Below are positions 24,284-36,245 of a stretch of 64,000 nt of DNA, one piece after another. Within the stretch, counting starts at the first letter, position 1. Every line of letters starts with the position of its first letter. Below the pieces are notes generated by a model that was given only the letters and a program-made list of their open reading frames with translations, searched no databases and had not been told where the DNA came from. This stretch comes from Fonticula alba ATCC 38817 (taxonomy: Eukaryota; Protista; Nucleariida): the NCBI GenBank assembly GCA_000388065.2, contig KB932202.1. One strand, 5' to 3'. A program made the translations under genes and the position numbers.

Positions 24284-27200
24284 CGGCCCGCCCGGGCTGC
24301 TGGTCCCCCACCGGCCGACCACCTCGCCGGAGATGCTGAGCGCCGGGGTCACCGTGGCCGAGGGGTCACCCGGCTTCTCGGATGCCATCACCCGGCTGAA
24401 GTCCCTCCTGGCGGCGGAGACGTACGTCACCTGGCTGTGGCCCGGGGGCCTTGCCACTTCCTCTTCGCCCCCCTCCGCTCCTCCTTTCCCCTGCCTCGCT
24501 TGCCCCTTTTGTGCCCTCCTTCCATTGGCCGTCCTCGGGCGGCGCCCCCGACCGACTTATGCCCCTCGACTGACCGGTGTCCCTCCCCCGGCTGACCTCC
24601 GCTCCCGGCTGCCGACCATGGGCATGCCACCACCAGCGTGCTTGGCCTGTATGTGATCATCGATGGCCGGCCGCTTGCCCTGCGCCCGCACCATGATGAT
24701 ACATCGTTGCTGCTGGTGGCGCTGGATGCCCGGCGCGGGGGCTCGGTCGATGCGCCGTTGCTGCTGCAATTGCGCGTGGTTCCGCGCGTGCCGCGCTTGA
24801 AGACCCGGCCCACACGCCGGCGGGGAGGCCGGTCAGCCGCTGCCGCCGCCATGGCCGCCGCATCCTCTTCGGAGGCTGGCCGACCGGCCGACACGGTGGA
24901 GGATGCCCCCACCGAGGAGATCTGGGAGAACCTGAGTGCCGTGCCCCGGGTCCTGCGGGCCATTTACGAACGGTCGGCCCCGACCCCGGCCGAGATTGCG
25001 GCCGGTGTCTCGGGCCCGAGCCACAGCGCCGCGCACGCCGAGACGTCGGCCCTGCTGCCGCGTTCCCTGGCCACCGACATTCAGAATGTCGTACGTCTCC
25101 GCGCACGGCATGTCCCTTTCCCCCTCCCAAGGCAAGGATGGCTGTGGCTGTGGCTGTGGCTGTGGCTGTGGCTGTGGCTGTGGCTGTGGCTGTGGCTGTG
25201 GCTGTGGCTGTGGCTGCGGCTGCGGCTGCGGTTGCGGTTGCTGCCACCGACATGCCCTCCCCTCGCCCTCCCCTCGCCCTCCCCTCGCCCTCCCCTCGCC
25301 CTCCCCTCGCCCTCCCCTCGCCCTCCCCTCGCACCCTCCTCCCCCTGTACGCCCATTTCAAAGACTGACCACTGGCTTGTGTCTGCTCGCGACGCCCATC
25401 GACGCAGTTCATGCCCTCCTGGCGCATCTGCTGCGAGCGGATCCTTGCACGGGTGCCGCGCGCCGTCCAGGTGGACTCCTTCCAGAGCGGAGCCATCGTC
25501 CTGCCCCACTGGTCGCTGGTGTGTAGCCCTGCCCTGTCTGTGGTGCCCTGGGAGCGCATGATGCCGGGGACCGTGTCATCCTCCAGCAGCGGTGGCCCAG
25601 TCATTCGAGCCACGCCGGCATTCATCCTGGGCGGCATCTCGGCCTTCACGCCGCCGCTTCCCCGGCGCCCCTGCTGCCTCGGCCGGCCGCTGGCTGCCTG
25701 CTCGTACTGCTTCAGTGCCAGCCTGGCACAGCCGGGCCCCCCGGCGCCAGGTGCCCCAGCGCTGGCCACCGGCGCCCAGTCCCCTGCTGGCAGTGCGGCC
25801 GCCGCCAATGCCACCGGTGGGCTGGGCTCGGGCCCAGTGGGCCCTCCCGCGGGGGAGCCCCCCGCCGGGGTGCCCCTGTCGCCGAAGGCCGCCCTTCGCC
25901 GGCGGCTGCCCGGGTCGCTGGCCGTGACCATCGTCGTGTGCGGGTATGACCGGCCGGCCGGGCCCCCGGCCGACGACCTGATCCCGGCCGGGGGTTCTGG
26001 CCCCGCGCCGGCCGGCGTGTCGCTCTATGACCGGGCCGACCAGGTCCCCCCGTCCAAGTTGGCCGAGGAGGAGTACCTGCTGCTCCGGTCGAGTGCCCTG
26101 ATCCGGTCGCTGATCGCCTCCTCCTCGGCGTCGGTCTCGCCGCCGGCGCCGTCGCTCTACTTCGATCTGACCGGCCAGCAGGCAGCCCTGTCTCCCTTCG
26201 CCTCGGCTTCCGGGCAGGTGTCGCGCCTGCTGTCATCCGTATGTCGCCATTCGCCCCTGTGCCGATGCCGCCCATGCTGCTGCTCTTGCTGCCCGCCCTC
26301 GGCCGTGCCCCTGTGTTGGCTAGCCCGGCTCTGACCCTCTGCCCCCATGCGTGCCCCCCCCCCCCCCCGGGGCGACACGGCCCCAGCGCTACTGGATCGA
26401 GACCAGCCGCGCGGCCACCCGCTTCGAAGCCCGGCCGGTGCCGCTCTTCCGCCATCCGCGCGTGACCAAATTCCTGTCCTTGACTTCCCCCTCGGTCGGC
26501 CCGGCCTTCCCCTTCACACGCACGCTGGTCGGGGCGCCTGGGACTGGAGCCGGTCCCGGGGGCCTGGCGGCCGGCGGCCCGGGCGGCTCCGGCGGCCCGA
26601 TGCTGCCCCTCGGCGCCGGCGGCGGCACCCTCGGCCGGTCGGCCGGTGCCAGCAACAATGCCCTCATGGCGGCCAGCTTCATGTCGCTCGGGCCGAGCGG
26701 GCCCCCGGGCGCCGGGGCCTATGGCGGGAGTGGCTCCCGCGGGTCCGGCGGCTCCGCGGTGATGGCCTCCGCCGCCGATGCGCCCACCTTCGGCCGCAAG
26801 TCCAGCCAGCGGTCGGCCTCGGAGGCCCTGCTTCCCTCGGGCCCGGATGCCGATGTCATCCTGGCGCTGGTGCCCCTGAGTGGGGGCCCGCTGGCGCGCT
26901 CGCCGCGCGCCGTGCTGGCCCGGCTCTTTTCCGTGCCGCCGGTGGCGGCCTCGGCCTCGACCACGGCCGCCGGGGCTCTGCACGCCGGGGCCGTTCTCAC
27001 TCCGCTGATGGTGTCCCGCCAGACGGCGGTCCTGCTCAATCCCCCGGTGGCGGAGTCCTCCATCAAGAAGTCCCGCCGACGCCTGTTCAGTTCCTCCTCG
27101 ACGTCGGCCCATGTCGAAGCGGATTCGGTGCCCCTGGCCCATGCCTCGGCTCCGAGCCTGTGCCTGGGCGCCGCGAGCGCGGCCGGCGGGGGGGCGGCCC

Positions 27201-27835
27201 CCCCGGCCGGGGCCGGCACCTCGAGTCGGTCCTCCGGGCGGTCGGCCAAGTCGGTCTTCCGGCCGCTACGGTCTTCCTCCTCTCGGGCGGCGGCGGCGGC
27301 GGCGGCGGCGGCGGCAGCCGCATCAGCGCCCGCGGCGTCGGGCCCCGCCAACCCCGCCCCCGCGCCGGCTACCACCGGGGCTGGGGCCGGGCCTGGCTCC
27401 GCCCAGGGGGCCGGCGCCGACGCGGGTCCCCTGGCCGGCCCCACCCTCGGCCCGCGCTTCCGCCGGCACATTGTGGTCATCCAGTGCCTCAGCGACTTGG
27501 TCTTCTGCCATCCGTGGTCCGTGAGCCTGGTCGATGTGGCCGGCTCCATCCTGCCGCTCGAGGTGGCCCGGGCCCTGGCCGACGGGGCGGCCCTCTCGAC
27601 CGTCGCCCCGGCCGACATGGCCATCTGCCCGCTGGTCACGGTGATCTTCATCCCGCGCATCCAGGCCGCCCGGCTGGTGCGTGTCATCGAGGCGGCGGCC
27701 GTCCACCTGTCCGGCTCGCCGGCCTTCACCGCCCCCGGAGCCGAGGCCATGTCCCCATCGGAGGAGCGCGCGCGCCTGATCGCTGCCATCCTCAGCCGCG
27801 CCAATGCCATTGACCTGGCGCCGGCCATCTTCTAG
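12439..27835 (+). CDS. Giant (~4,400 aa) low-complexity protein with TPR-like helical blocks and a C-terminal separase/CHAT-like region
   Basis: Exons 12439-13633, 13852-14582, 14821-16275, 16570-18111, [gap 18123-18771 probably hides an exon], 18884-24421, 24637-25090, 25408-26238, 26387-27835. Splice phases are consistent except across the gap. Helical blocks such as VADLAALYLDEGEVDNAIVLLEHV and LALLARAYSLKGWPRDALSVL are separated by Ser/Gly/Ala/Pro linkers. Stop TAG at 27833-27835. Confidence 0.75.
25138..25335 (+). repeat. Intronic tandem repeats: (TGGCTG)n followed by (CCCTCGCCCTC)n
   Basis: Directly visible inside intron 25091-25407 of the giant gene. Confidence 0.9.
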
Positions 27836-28148
27836 ACGCCCGCCGGCGTCCGGCGTTCCTCCCCGCCCCCTCCCCCCCCCCCACCTTTGAATATACATAT
27901 ACATCCTTGTGCCAATGGGACCGTTGTTTTTTCTATTCCCCCCCCCCCCTACTGGCCCCGAACCGTCGAATGGGGAGGGCCACTCCTGCGAGGAGGCCTC
28001 CTGCATGGGGGCTGCGTGGAAAAAAAAAAAAAAAAAGACCAAGCGCCAATACACGAGGAAAGTGGCCGTGTATGTGTATATTTGCATGTGACGTACGCAT
28101 GTGAAGGCTGGAGGGGGGAGGGCGCGTCAAGCCGAGCACAGAGGGAGG

Positions 28149-31100
28149 CTACTCGTCGCCAGACGGGAAGGTCGCAAACGTGAAGGACCCGAACTCCTCC
28201 ATGTCAATCGGGCCATCGGCCGGCGCGGCCGCCGAGCCGGATGCCACCGCCTGGGGCCCTTCGTCAGAAGAGGACGAGGCCCCGGGGCCCGAGGAGGCAG
28301 AGCCGGGGGATGTCGTGCCGGCCGCCGCCGGCGCTTCGCCCCCCGACGAGGGCGGCGACGACGCCTGAAGTTGGGCCATGTAGTCAGACATGATGGCGAT
28401 CTGAGACTCATACGCCCGACGGGTGGACTCGCCATCCTCCAGGGCCAGGGTGGCCCGGCCCTCGGCATCCAGGGCCCGCGTCGTCAGCAGGGCGATTTCC
28501 TGATGACAGGCGGCCAGCTCCGACTCGATGGCACGCAGGCGGATCTCGGCCGAGGTGCGCTGGCTCGCCAGGCGAGCCAGGCGAACGCTCACCCCCGAGG
28601 CCGCAGCCGAGGCGGCCCCCTCGGGCGACACAAAGTCCCCCGGCAGGGCCAGCGGCAGGGGCAGCGACGACTGTGGCACCGGAGGACCAACGGCCGGGTG
28701 TCAGTCAGTTGAGCGGACACACGGCATGCGTGAAGCAATCACCCCATTACAAACGCACCACACTGGACCCGGTCAGGGGATCTTCAAAGAGAACGGTGGC
28801 CGCCGAGTGGCCCCACTTCGAGGAGGCCGGAGCCACATGGACCGACTGCGAGGGCCCGGCCACCGGCGGGCCTGCCTGCAGCCCCGCCGGCCCACCGGCC
28901 GAGGTGCCGCTTCCCGGTCCCGGGGAGGCCGGCCCGGAGTTGACAAAATCCCCGAACCCGTCGTCCGGCTGCTCGGTCGAGCCGGGCGACGCTTGGGCAG
29001 CCGGCTTGGCCCCGGGGCCCGGACTGCCGGCCACTGTGGCCCAGCTGAAGGCAAATTCATCGCCAGGCACAGGGGGGCTGGCAGCCGGCTCGGGGAAGCT
29101 CGGCCCCGAGAGGTCCAGCAGCATGCCGATGCTCGGTGAGGATGGGCCACTGGCGCCGGCACCGGACCCCGGGGCCGGCAGCAGGGCCGCCGACGGGACC
29201 GGCGATTCGGAGTCCGACCCGGACGGCGGCGAGGGGGAAGGCGAGTGGATGCCCAGCGACCCGGCGGCAGCGGGCGACCCGGCGCCCGGGGGCTTTGTGC
29301 CCGGCTCGAGGTCGCCGGCCGGGGCCGCCACAGCCATGCCGGCCGGGGCTCCGGCCGTGGCGGCCGCAGCCTCCAGGGCGGCCACCTGCGCGGCCAAAGC
29401 CGCACACCGGGCCCGAAGCTCCGCCTGCTCGGCCTCGGCCTGGCGACGGAGCTGGGCCTCTGACCGGAGCTCCGCCTGGAGCGCCTGGGTGGCGCGCTCG
29501 GCGGCGGCGACGCGCTCGCGGCTGGCGGCGCGCTGCTCCGAGAGCTGGGCCACCTCGGCGCGCAGCCGGCGCTCCGTCTCCCGGTGCTCTTGCAGGGTCA
29601 CCTGGACGGCGCGCGCGTCGCGCTGGAGCCCGGCATTCTCGGCCCGGAGGGCCTCCTGCTGGGCCATCAGCGCGCTGTGCTTCTCGCGGAGTTTGACGAT
29701 GCCCTCTGTGGGCGACCAGCCCACCAGGCAGGCACAGAACGGCAGCGGCCCAGGGCAAAAAGACCCAGGGGGGGGGGGGGGGGAGCCATGGCAAAGACCG
29801 CGGACAGAGGCAGCGTTAGAGCGCGCCACACGGGGACAAGCAGAGCACCAGTCCCGGGACGGACCTTTCAGGGCGGCAACCGACGCCTCGGAGGTTCGGA
29901 TCTTGCTCTCGGCCTGCTGGGCCACGCTCGCCTGGCGCAGGGCCTCATGGTGCGGAATGAACTCCGGCTCGGCGGGCTGGTGGCCCGAGACAGCGACCGG
30001 GGAGCACGGGGGGGGGGGGGCAGGGGAGCGACAAGGGGCAGAGGTCAGCCGAGGAGGAGGGCAAACGCGCGGGGCAGACCCCTGCCGGCCGGGACGAGGC
30101 GCACCAGGTCCAGCCCGGCAAGCATGTAGCTCCGGGTCCGGAGGGCCAGATCATCACGGTCGGCCCCGGCGGCCAGGTGGCCGCGGTTCCCCGGGGCCAG
30201 CATGTCCGTGGCCAGCATGAGCCCATCGCGCGTGGCCGACTGCACATGCCGCGTGGCCGAGAAGGCGATCGGGAACATGCTGATCAGCGGCCGGACCGAG
30301 GCCGGCAGCGAATTGGAGGACGTCACCAGGCGCGGGAGGAGGACCAGCTGCTGGCTTGGGGCCGGGCTGGCGGCCGACGCCAGGCCCACCGGGCGCGAGG
30401 GGCTCTGCGCGATGAAGGCATGCGCCGCCACGGCGGCCAGCGCCTCCGAGGTGCTCAGCTGCTGGAAGGCATCCATCAAGCCGGCCACCTGGCCGGGGAT
30501 CCGGCCACAGGCATTCGGCAGCTCGCGCAGGGCAGACCACTCATCGGCAGCCTCCCGGAGGCGGTATGCTCCGGCCGAGACCGACCGGACAAAGGCCTTC
30601 TCCGTGGAGGAGAACCCGGCCAGAGCGGTGAAGAAATCTGCCACACCACAGGCGCCCGGGACGGTGAGTGGGGGGGGGGGGGCACAGGAAGGATGACAGG
30701 GCGAGCCGAGGGGGAAGGGCATGGCCGCGAGGACAGGGCGGGAGGGGGTGCGGGGGAGGGGGCCGGGGAGGAGCGGAGGGGCAAGAGGCACACACCTTTG
30801 GTATTGCGCGCCAGGGCATGGGACGAGGCACTCCGCAGGACGAGGTAGGTTTGGAGGAGAGCATGCCGGCCACCGGGCCCGGGGCAAGCCGAGCCCCGGC
30901 CGAAGATGGCCTCCCGCTCGGCGCTCACAGATGCCAGGGCCTTCTCCAGCGAGACGATCAGGATCGAAAAGTAGGACACCAACTTTTGCGAGGAGGTGAT
31001 CAGCTGCAGGAGCTTCGGCGGAACCTCATTGGTGGCCAGCAGTCGCAGGGCGGTCTGACACTCGAAGGATACCTGCCGCTGGTGGTGCCGCAGCAGGGTG

Positions 31101-31862
31101 CCAAAGTGCCCAAGCAGGGCCACCAGCGCATCGAGAAGGCCCTCGCCGGGCCGGGCGGCCGGCGGGCCGGAGGTATTGAGCACGGCGGCCAGGTCATCCA
31201 GCGCGGTGCCAAACTCCTCAAGTGGGCCGGTCTGATCTGCAGCGTCGAACAGCTATCACCCCGGCGAGTTTGGTGAGTAGAGAATCCGGCGAGTAGAGAA
31301 TCCGGCGGGTTGAGAACCGAGGGAGAGAGGGAGAGAGAGAATGTGCGTGTGTGCAGTGTGCAGTGTGAGTGTGAAACCGGAGAGCGGGAGCCAGAGCGGA
31401 CAGATACTCGCATCGAGGAGGCTGACTGGAGCCGAGAGAGCCACCACAAGAGGAACGCACCTGGAGGAAGAGCCCAGCCAGGGTGGTATCCGAGTCGCTG
31501 GACCCCGGAGAGGAAGCCCCACTGGACATTCCACCGGGTGAAGCCATGTCACTTGGCCCGGTGAGGTCCCCCGACTCCGGCAGCGACACGGACGATAGTC
31601 GAGCAAAGTCCACCCCGAAGGCAATGCTGGGCGATTCGTCCAGCGACAGGACATTGCCGCAGCGGAGCTTCAACAGGCCCTGGAACTGGCCAAGCCCCTC
31701 GGCCAAAGCGGCCCACGCCTTGCCGATATCTTGAAGGGGCTGAGCAGTCACCGGTGCAAGGGGCGACGAGGAGGACGGGCAAGCGATGCGGAGGAGCCGC
31801 TGTCAGGCACACAGGTCGATGGCGAGAGGGACCGAAAGAGAGGGAGAGGGGGACCGCGCGAT

Positions 31863-31896
<34 letters not shown>

Positions 31897-32971
31897 AGCC
31901 ACTGGCGGAGGAGGGCCACCCCAAAGGCGCCATGGGCGGGCAAGAAGTCGTACAAGGGCCAGGGGCGGCAACCACCGGCGCTGCATGTCCAGCAACCACC
32001 AGCTGGTGATGCGGCCAGGGTCGATCCAGCCGCCGGCGCGCCAGCGCGAGGCCGACGTCAGGACGATCGCATGCGCCGCCGAGTGGGCCACCTCCGAGGT
32101 CTCTCGCAGCCGAGTCAACGCCGAGCTGGCGGCCTGCCGGGACTCCTCCAGCGCGGCGGCCGCAATCCGGGCATTGGCTTCGGCCTGCTCGGCGGCCAGA
32201 CGCTGCTCCAGCAGCAGCTGCTCCTTCTCCTGGGTCAGCTGCTCGGATTGCTCCTGCGTTTCGGTGAGGCGCTGGCGAAGGGCAGCCGCGTGGGCGGCCG
32301 CCTCGGCCACCTCCGCCTCGAGATCGGCCACAAGCGAATGGAGACGCGCTGCAATGCCGATGAGTCAGTCTGCGCCAGGGCATCCGGTGGCCAAGGCCAG
32401 CCATACGTGGCCGGCACCCGCGGAAGGGAAGGCGGGTCACATGCTTGGGCCGGCAGGAAAAAAAAAAAAAAAAAGGGCGCACCGGCCTCGGAGATCCGCA
32501 GCGACAGGTCGTCCTTGATGGTGTCCAGCTCGCCACACACGCGCGCATACTCCTTCTTGGGGATGCCGCCAATCCAGGCCGAACCACTGGTGGCCTCCTG
32601 CACGGGGGAAAGGGGGGAAGCCGGTCAATGCCGAGTGGGGCGCGAGGCGCAGGACAAGGCACGCAAGGCGAGGAGCCCGTCCGCAAGAGGGGCAAGAGGT
32701 AGACCGAACGCACGATCTGGCGGATCTCCTCCTGCAGGCTTTCCACACGCCGGGTCAGACGCCCATTGTGGAAGTTCAAGATGCTCGACTCCTCGGAGAG
32801 CTGGCGTGAAGGCCGGGCACAGATGCATCAGCACACGAGCATGGACACACGGGCAGGCGATGAGGGAAGAGCCGAGGGCAGGGCTGGCCAGGCGAAAGAC
32901 AGTCGGACCTTGTGAAGCTCAATCTTCTGCGCCCGCGAGTCGGCCTGCAGCTTTTGCACGGACTCTTGCTC
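28149..32971 (-). CDS. PPP1R21: PPP1R21 (KLRAQ1/CCDC128; FERRY subunit Fy-2) homologue; first exon probably lies in the gap 33028-33699
   Basis: N-terminal exons EQESVQKLQADSRAQKIELHK|LSEESSILNFHNGRLTRRVESLQEEI resemble the KLRAQ domain (DSLTFRNLQLAKRVELLQDEL). The last exon (28149-28670) has STRRAYESQIAIMSDYMAQL, matching TTKRSYEDQLSMMSDHL. Long coiled coils lie between. Confidence 0.8.
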
Positions 32972-33942
32972 CTTCGAGCAGGGGACCGCAGGGCAGGCAA
33001 GGACCAGAAAAAAGAAGAAGAGAGACANNNNNNNNNNNNNNNNNNNNNNNNNNNNNNNNNNNNNNNNNNNNNNNNNNNNNNNNNNNNNNNNNNNNNNNNN
33101 NNNNNNNNNNNNNNNNNNNNNNNNNNNNNNNNNNNNNNNNNNNNNNNNNNNNNNNNNNNNNNNNNNNNNNNNNNNNNNNNNNNNNNNNNNNNNNNNNNNN
33201 NNNNNNNNNNNNNNNNNNNNNNNNNNNNNNNNNNNNNNNNNNNNNNNNNNNNNNNNNNNNNNNNNNNNNNNNNNNNNNNNNNNNNNNNNNNNNNNNNNNN
33301 NNNNNNNNNNNNNNNNNNNNNNNNNNNNNNNNNNNNNNNNNNNNNNNNNNNNNNNNNNNNNNNNNNNNNNNNNNNNNNNNNNNNNNNNNNNNNNNNNNNN
33401 NNNNNNNNNNNNNNNNNNNNNNNNNNNNNNNNNNNNNNNNNNNNNNNNNNNNNNNNNNNNNNNNNNNNNNNNNNNNNNNNNNNNNNNNNNNNNNNNNNNN
33501 NNNNNNNNNNNNNNNNNNNNNNNNNNNNNNNNNNNNNNNNNNNNNNNNNNNNNNNNNNNNNNNNNNNNNNNNNNNNNNNNNNNNNNNNNNNNNNNNNNNN
33601 NNNNNNNNNNNNNNNNNNNNNNNNNNNNNNNNNNNNNNNNNNNNNNNNNNNNNNNNNNNNNNNNNNNNNNNNNNNNNNNNNNNNNNNNNNNNNNNNNNCC
33701 CCCCCCCCTCCGGCAAAAGACCGCCGAGATCGCCGTGACAGGGGAGCGCCGATGCGTTGGCAGTATATTCTCAAGGGCAAGGAAGCGGATGGAGTGGAAA
33801 AACAGCCCGGCACAACGCGCGCCAGGCTGAGGGAGGGAACTGGAACAAGAGACTAGACCCCGATGGAGGGGGGGGGGGGGGCAAGGGGCGAGTGCGGCAG
33901 CACGCCCAAAAAAAAAAAAGAGGACCAAGGGGAGCGTCGCCG

Positions 33943-36245
33943 CTACCGGTGCGGCGGCGGAGGCGGGTGCATGAGGTGCGGGCTGCCACCATGAGCCGGC
34001 ATCCGGCCACCGGGGGGCGGCGGCATGTGCAGGGCACCGCCCGGCGGCGGGGGCCCATGCATGCCCGCGTGCGGGTGGTGGTACCCCAGAGAGGCCGGAC
34101 CGCCAGGCCCCCCGGGCCCGGGCGGCAGGGAGGCCGGGCCCCCGGCCCCCGGCGGAGACAGGTGTGCCCCGGGCGGTGGCGAGCCACCCGGGCCGCCAGC
34201 CATCGGGCCAAGGTGCGGGCCACCGGGCGGCGGCGGCGGCGGGCCGCCAGGCGGCATGCCACCCGGCACCATGGGGTGCCGATGCATCGGCGGCCCGGCA
34301 CCCGGAGGAGGCCCAGGGGCGAAGCCTGGCGGCGATCCGGCCGTGGTCGGCGGCGACGTCAAGGATGAGAGAACGATGCCAGGGTGGTGGGCCCCGGCCC
34401 CGGCCCCGGCCCCGGTGCCAGAGTACGATGAGTCATAGTCCGTGTGGAAGGACTGGCGGCAGCATGCCGAGGGCCAAAGAGGGGGGCGAGAGGTGAGCAT
34501 CGCGGCGAGGGGGGCCGCCAAAGCGCGGGGACTACCCTGTGGCATGGTAGGGAGGGGCACGGGGAGTGCGACCAGCAGCGGGCGGCCGGCGGGGAATGCG
34601 GGAGATGCACAGGCACACACACACACAAACGTACAGGATGATCATCGCGAATGACGCCAGTGGTAATCAGTGCCTCGAGTGTGGCAAATGCAAAGGCCGG
34701 GTGGTCTTGGAGAAGGGCCTTCAGCTTGAGCGGCTCGTGGATGGTCATGTGCTGTTGTGGGAAGCAGGGAGGAAGTATTGGACGTGGTGGTGGGGGGAGG
34801 GGGCGGGGGGAGGGACAGAGGGAGTTAGCCAGGCGAAGGGACAGACAGGCTGCCGGACAGGCTGCCAGACAGGCTGCCGGATAGGCTGCCAGACAGGCTG
34901 CCGGATAGGCTACCAGACAGGCTGCCGGATAGGCTGCCGGATAGGCTGCCAGANNNNNNNNNNNNNNNNNNNNNNNNNNNNNNNNNNNNNNNNNNNNNNN
35001 NNNNNNNNNNNNNNNNNNNNNNNNNNNNNNNNNNNNNNNNNNNNNNNNNNNNNNNNNNNNNNNNNNNNNNNNNNNNNNNNNNNNNNNNCCAGACAGGCTG
35101 CCGGATAGGCTGCCAGACAGGCTGCCGGATAGGCTGCCAGACAGGCTGCCGGATAGGCTCCCCATGAAGGCAGCAGCGGACGGACCTTCAACTCCAGCAG
35201 CAACTCACTCATCTGCTGGGCAGACATGGTGTGAACAGTGGAGCGGATGCGCTCCAGGACGCCGATCGGGTTCTGTGGGGGAAAAAAGGGGGTATTTCAA
35301 GAGGAGGAAGTGGAGCAGTGCCCGAAGGTGGGCGGGTGAGTCGCCAGGTCAAAGGGGAGAAGGCCGAGGCAACAAGCAAATGCCGCATGACGTACCGAGC
35401 GCCCGTCACTCGCGCCGAAGCCCGGCATCTGCAGGGCGTTCAGCACGGCCGGGCTGCCCATGGGCCCAGGTCCCATCGGCCGGGAGTGCACGCCGCCAGG
35501 TCCTCCACCGAGAGCCATCGGGCCGCCCATCATCGACATGCCGCTGTGGCCGCCGACGCCGCCAGCGCCACCACCGTGGCCGCCGTGGCCGCCGTGGCCG
35601 CCGCCACCGCCACCGCCACCGCCCCCATGGCTGCCGCCACCGCTAGACGATGAGGAGGAAGTGGGCGCCGACACACGAAGCGGCCGGTTGTGCAGGGTCA
35701 GGGACTTGTTGATATTCCGAATGGCCGACTGAGCCGACAGAGCGTCGACATAGTCGCAAAAGCCGCTGCCTTTGGACTTGCCGGTCTTCGGATCGATGTG
35801 AAACCTGGCGGCCAGCCGGGGAAGCCGCGGAGGGACAACAGTGCATCGGATGGGCCATCGGGGCCCGGGGGGGATCCCGCACAGAGAAGGAGGCAGGGGC
35901 CATGTTAGGGTCAGAGGTCGCCAGGAAGGGCCCGGGGATGCTGCGGAGAACACATACCGGAAGGAAACGACCGGCCCAGCCCGCTGCATCACTTGGATGA
36001 CTTCCTGCTCCGTGGCCTCGAATGGGATGTTTGCCACTGGGAGGGGGTTTTCCCCGGGGGCATGGGGGAGGCGGGGGCGGGGGGTCAGAGGCCACGAAGG
36101 AGATGGCCCAAGAGGGAAAGCGCAAGAGCAAAGGGGCATGGGCAAAAGTCGGGGAGAGGAGGAGAGGGAGGGAGAAGGGGCAGGGGCAGGGGCAGGGGCA
36201 GGGAGGGCGAGGCGTACCGAAGACGGTGTTCTCATTGCGCGACAT
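33943..36245 (-). CDS. CSTF2: Cleavage stimulation factor 64 kDa subunit (CstF-64/Rna15)
   Basis: Exons 36218-36245, 35958-36036, 35396-35804, 35186-35272, 34635-34751, 33943-34452. RRM: VFVANIPFEATEQEV...GPVVSFR...DPKTGKSKGSGFCDY...SAIRNIN. Hinge: MSAQQMSELLLELK...LLQDHPAFAFATLEALITTGVI. Confidence 0.88.
34849..35157. repeat. 12/24-bp minisatellite (AGACAGGCTGCC / GGATAGGCTGCC) in a CSTF2 intron, interrupted by an assembly gap
   Basis: Units visible on both sides of the gap at 34953-35088. Confidence 0.9.

Noticed and set aside
18798-24311. Long antisense and alternate-frame ORFs (for example 18798-20582, 19631-21238, 38608-40245, 54435-55868)
   Set aside because: Shadow ORFs caused by stop-codon scarcity in GC-rich coding DNA. 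They are Arg/Gly/Pro-rich and show no motifs.
12439-27835. Calling the giant gene the true separase (ESP1)
   Set aside because: The catalytic H-G and G-C-S-S motifs are not visible. Only the PWE...PVxR element resembles separase.
28021-28036. Poly-A run as a retroposon tail
   Set aside because: No target-site duplication or element body. It sits between two convergent 3' ends.
34849-35157. Regular repeats as a CRISPR array (also 25138-25335 and 55145-55235)
   Set aside because: Head-to-tail units with no unique spacers, no cas genes, and a eukaryotic intron or coding context.
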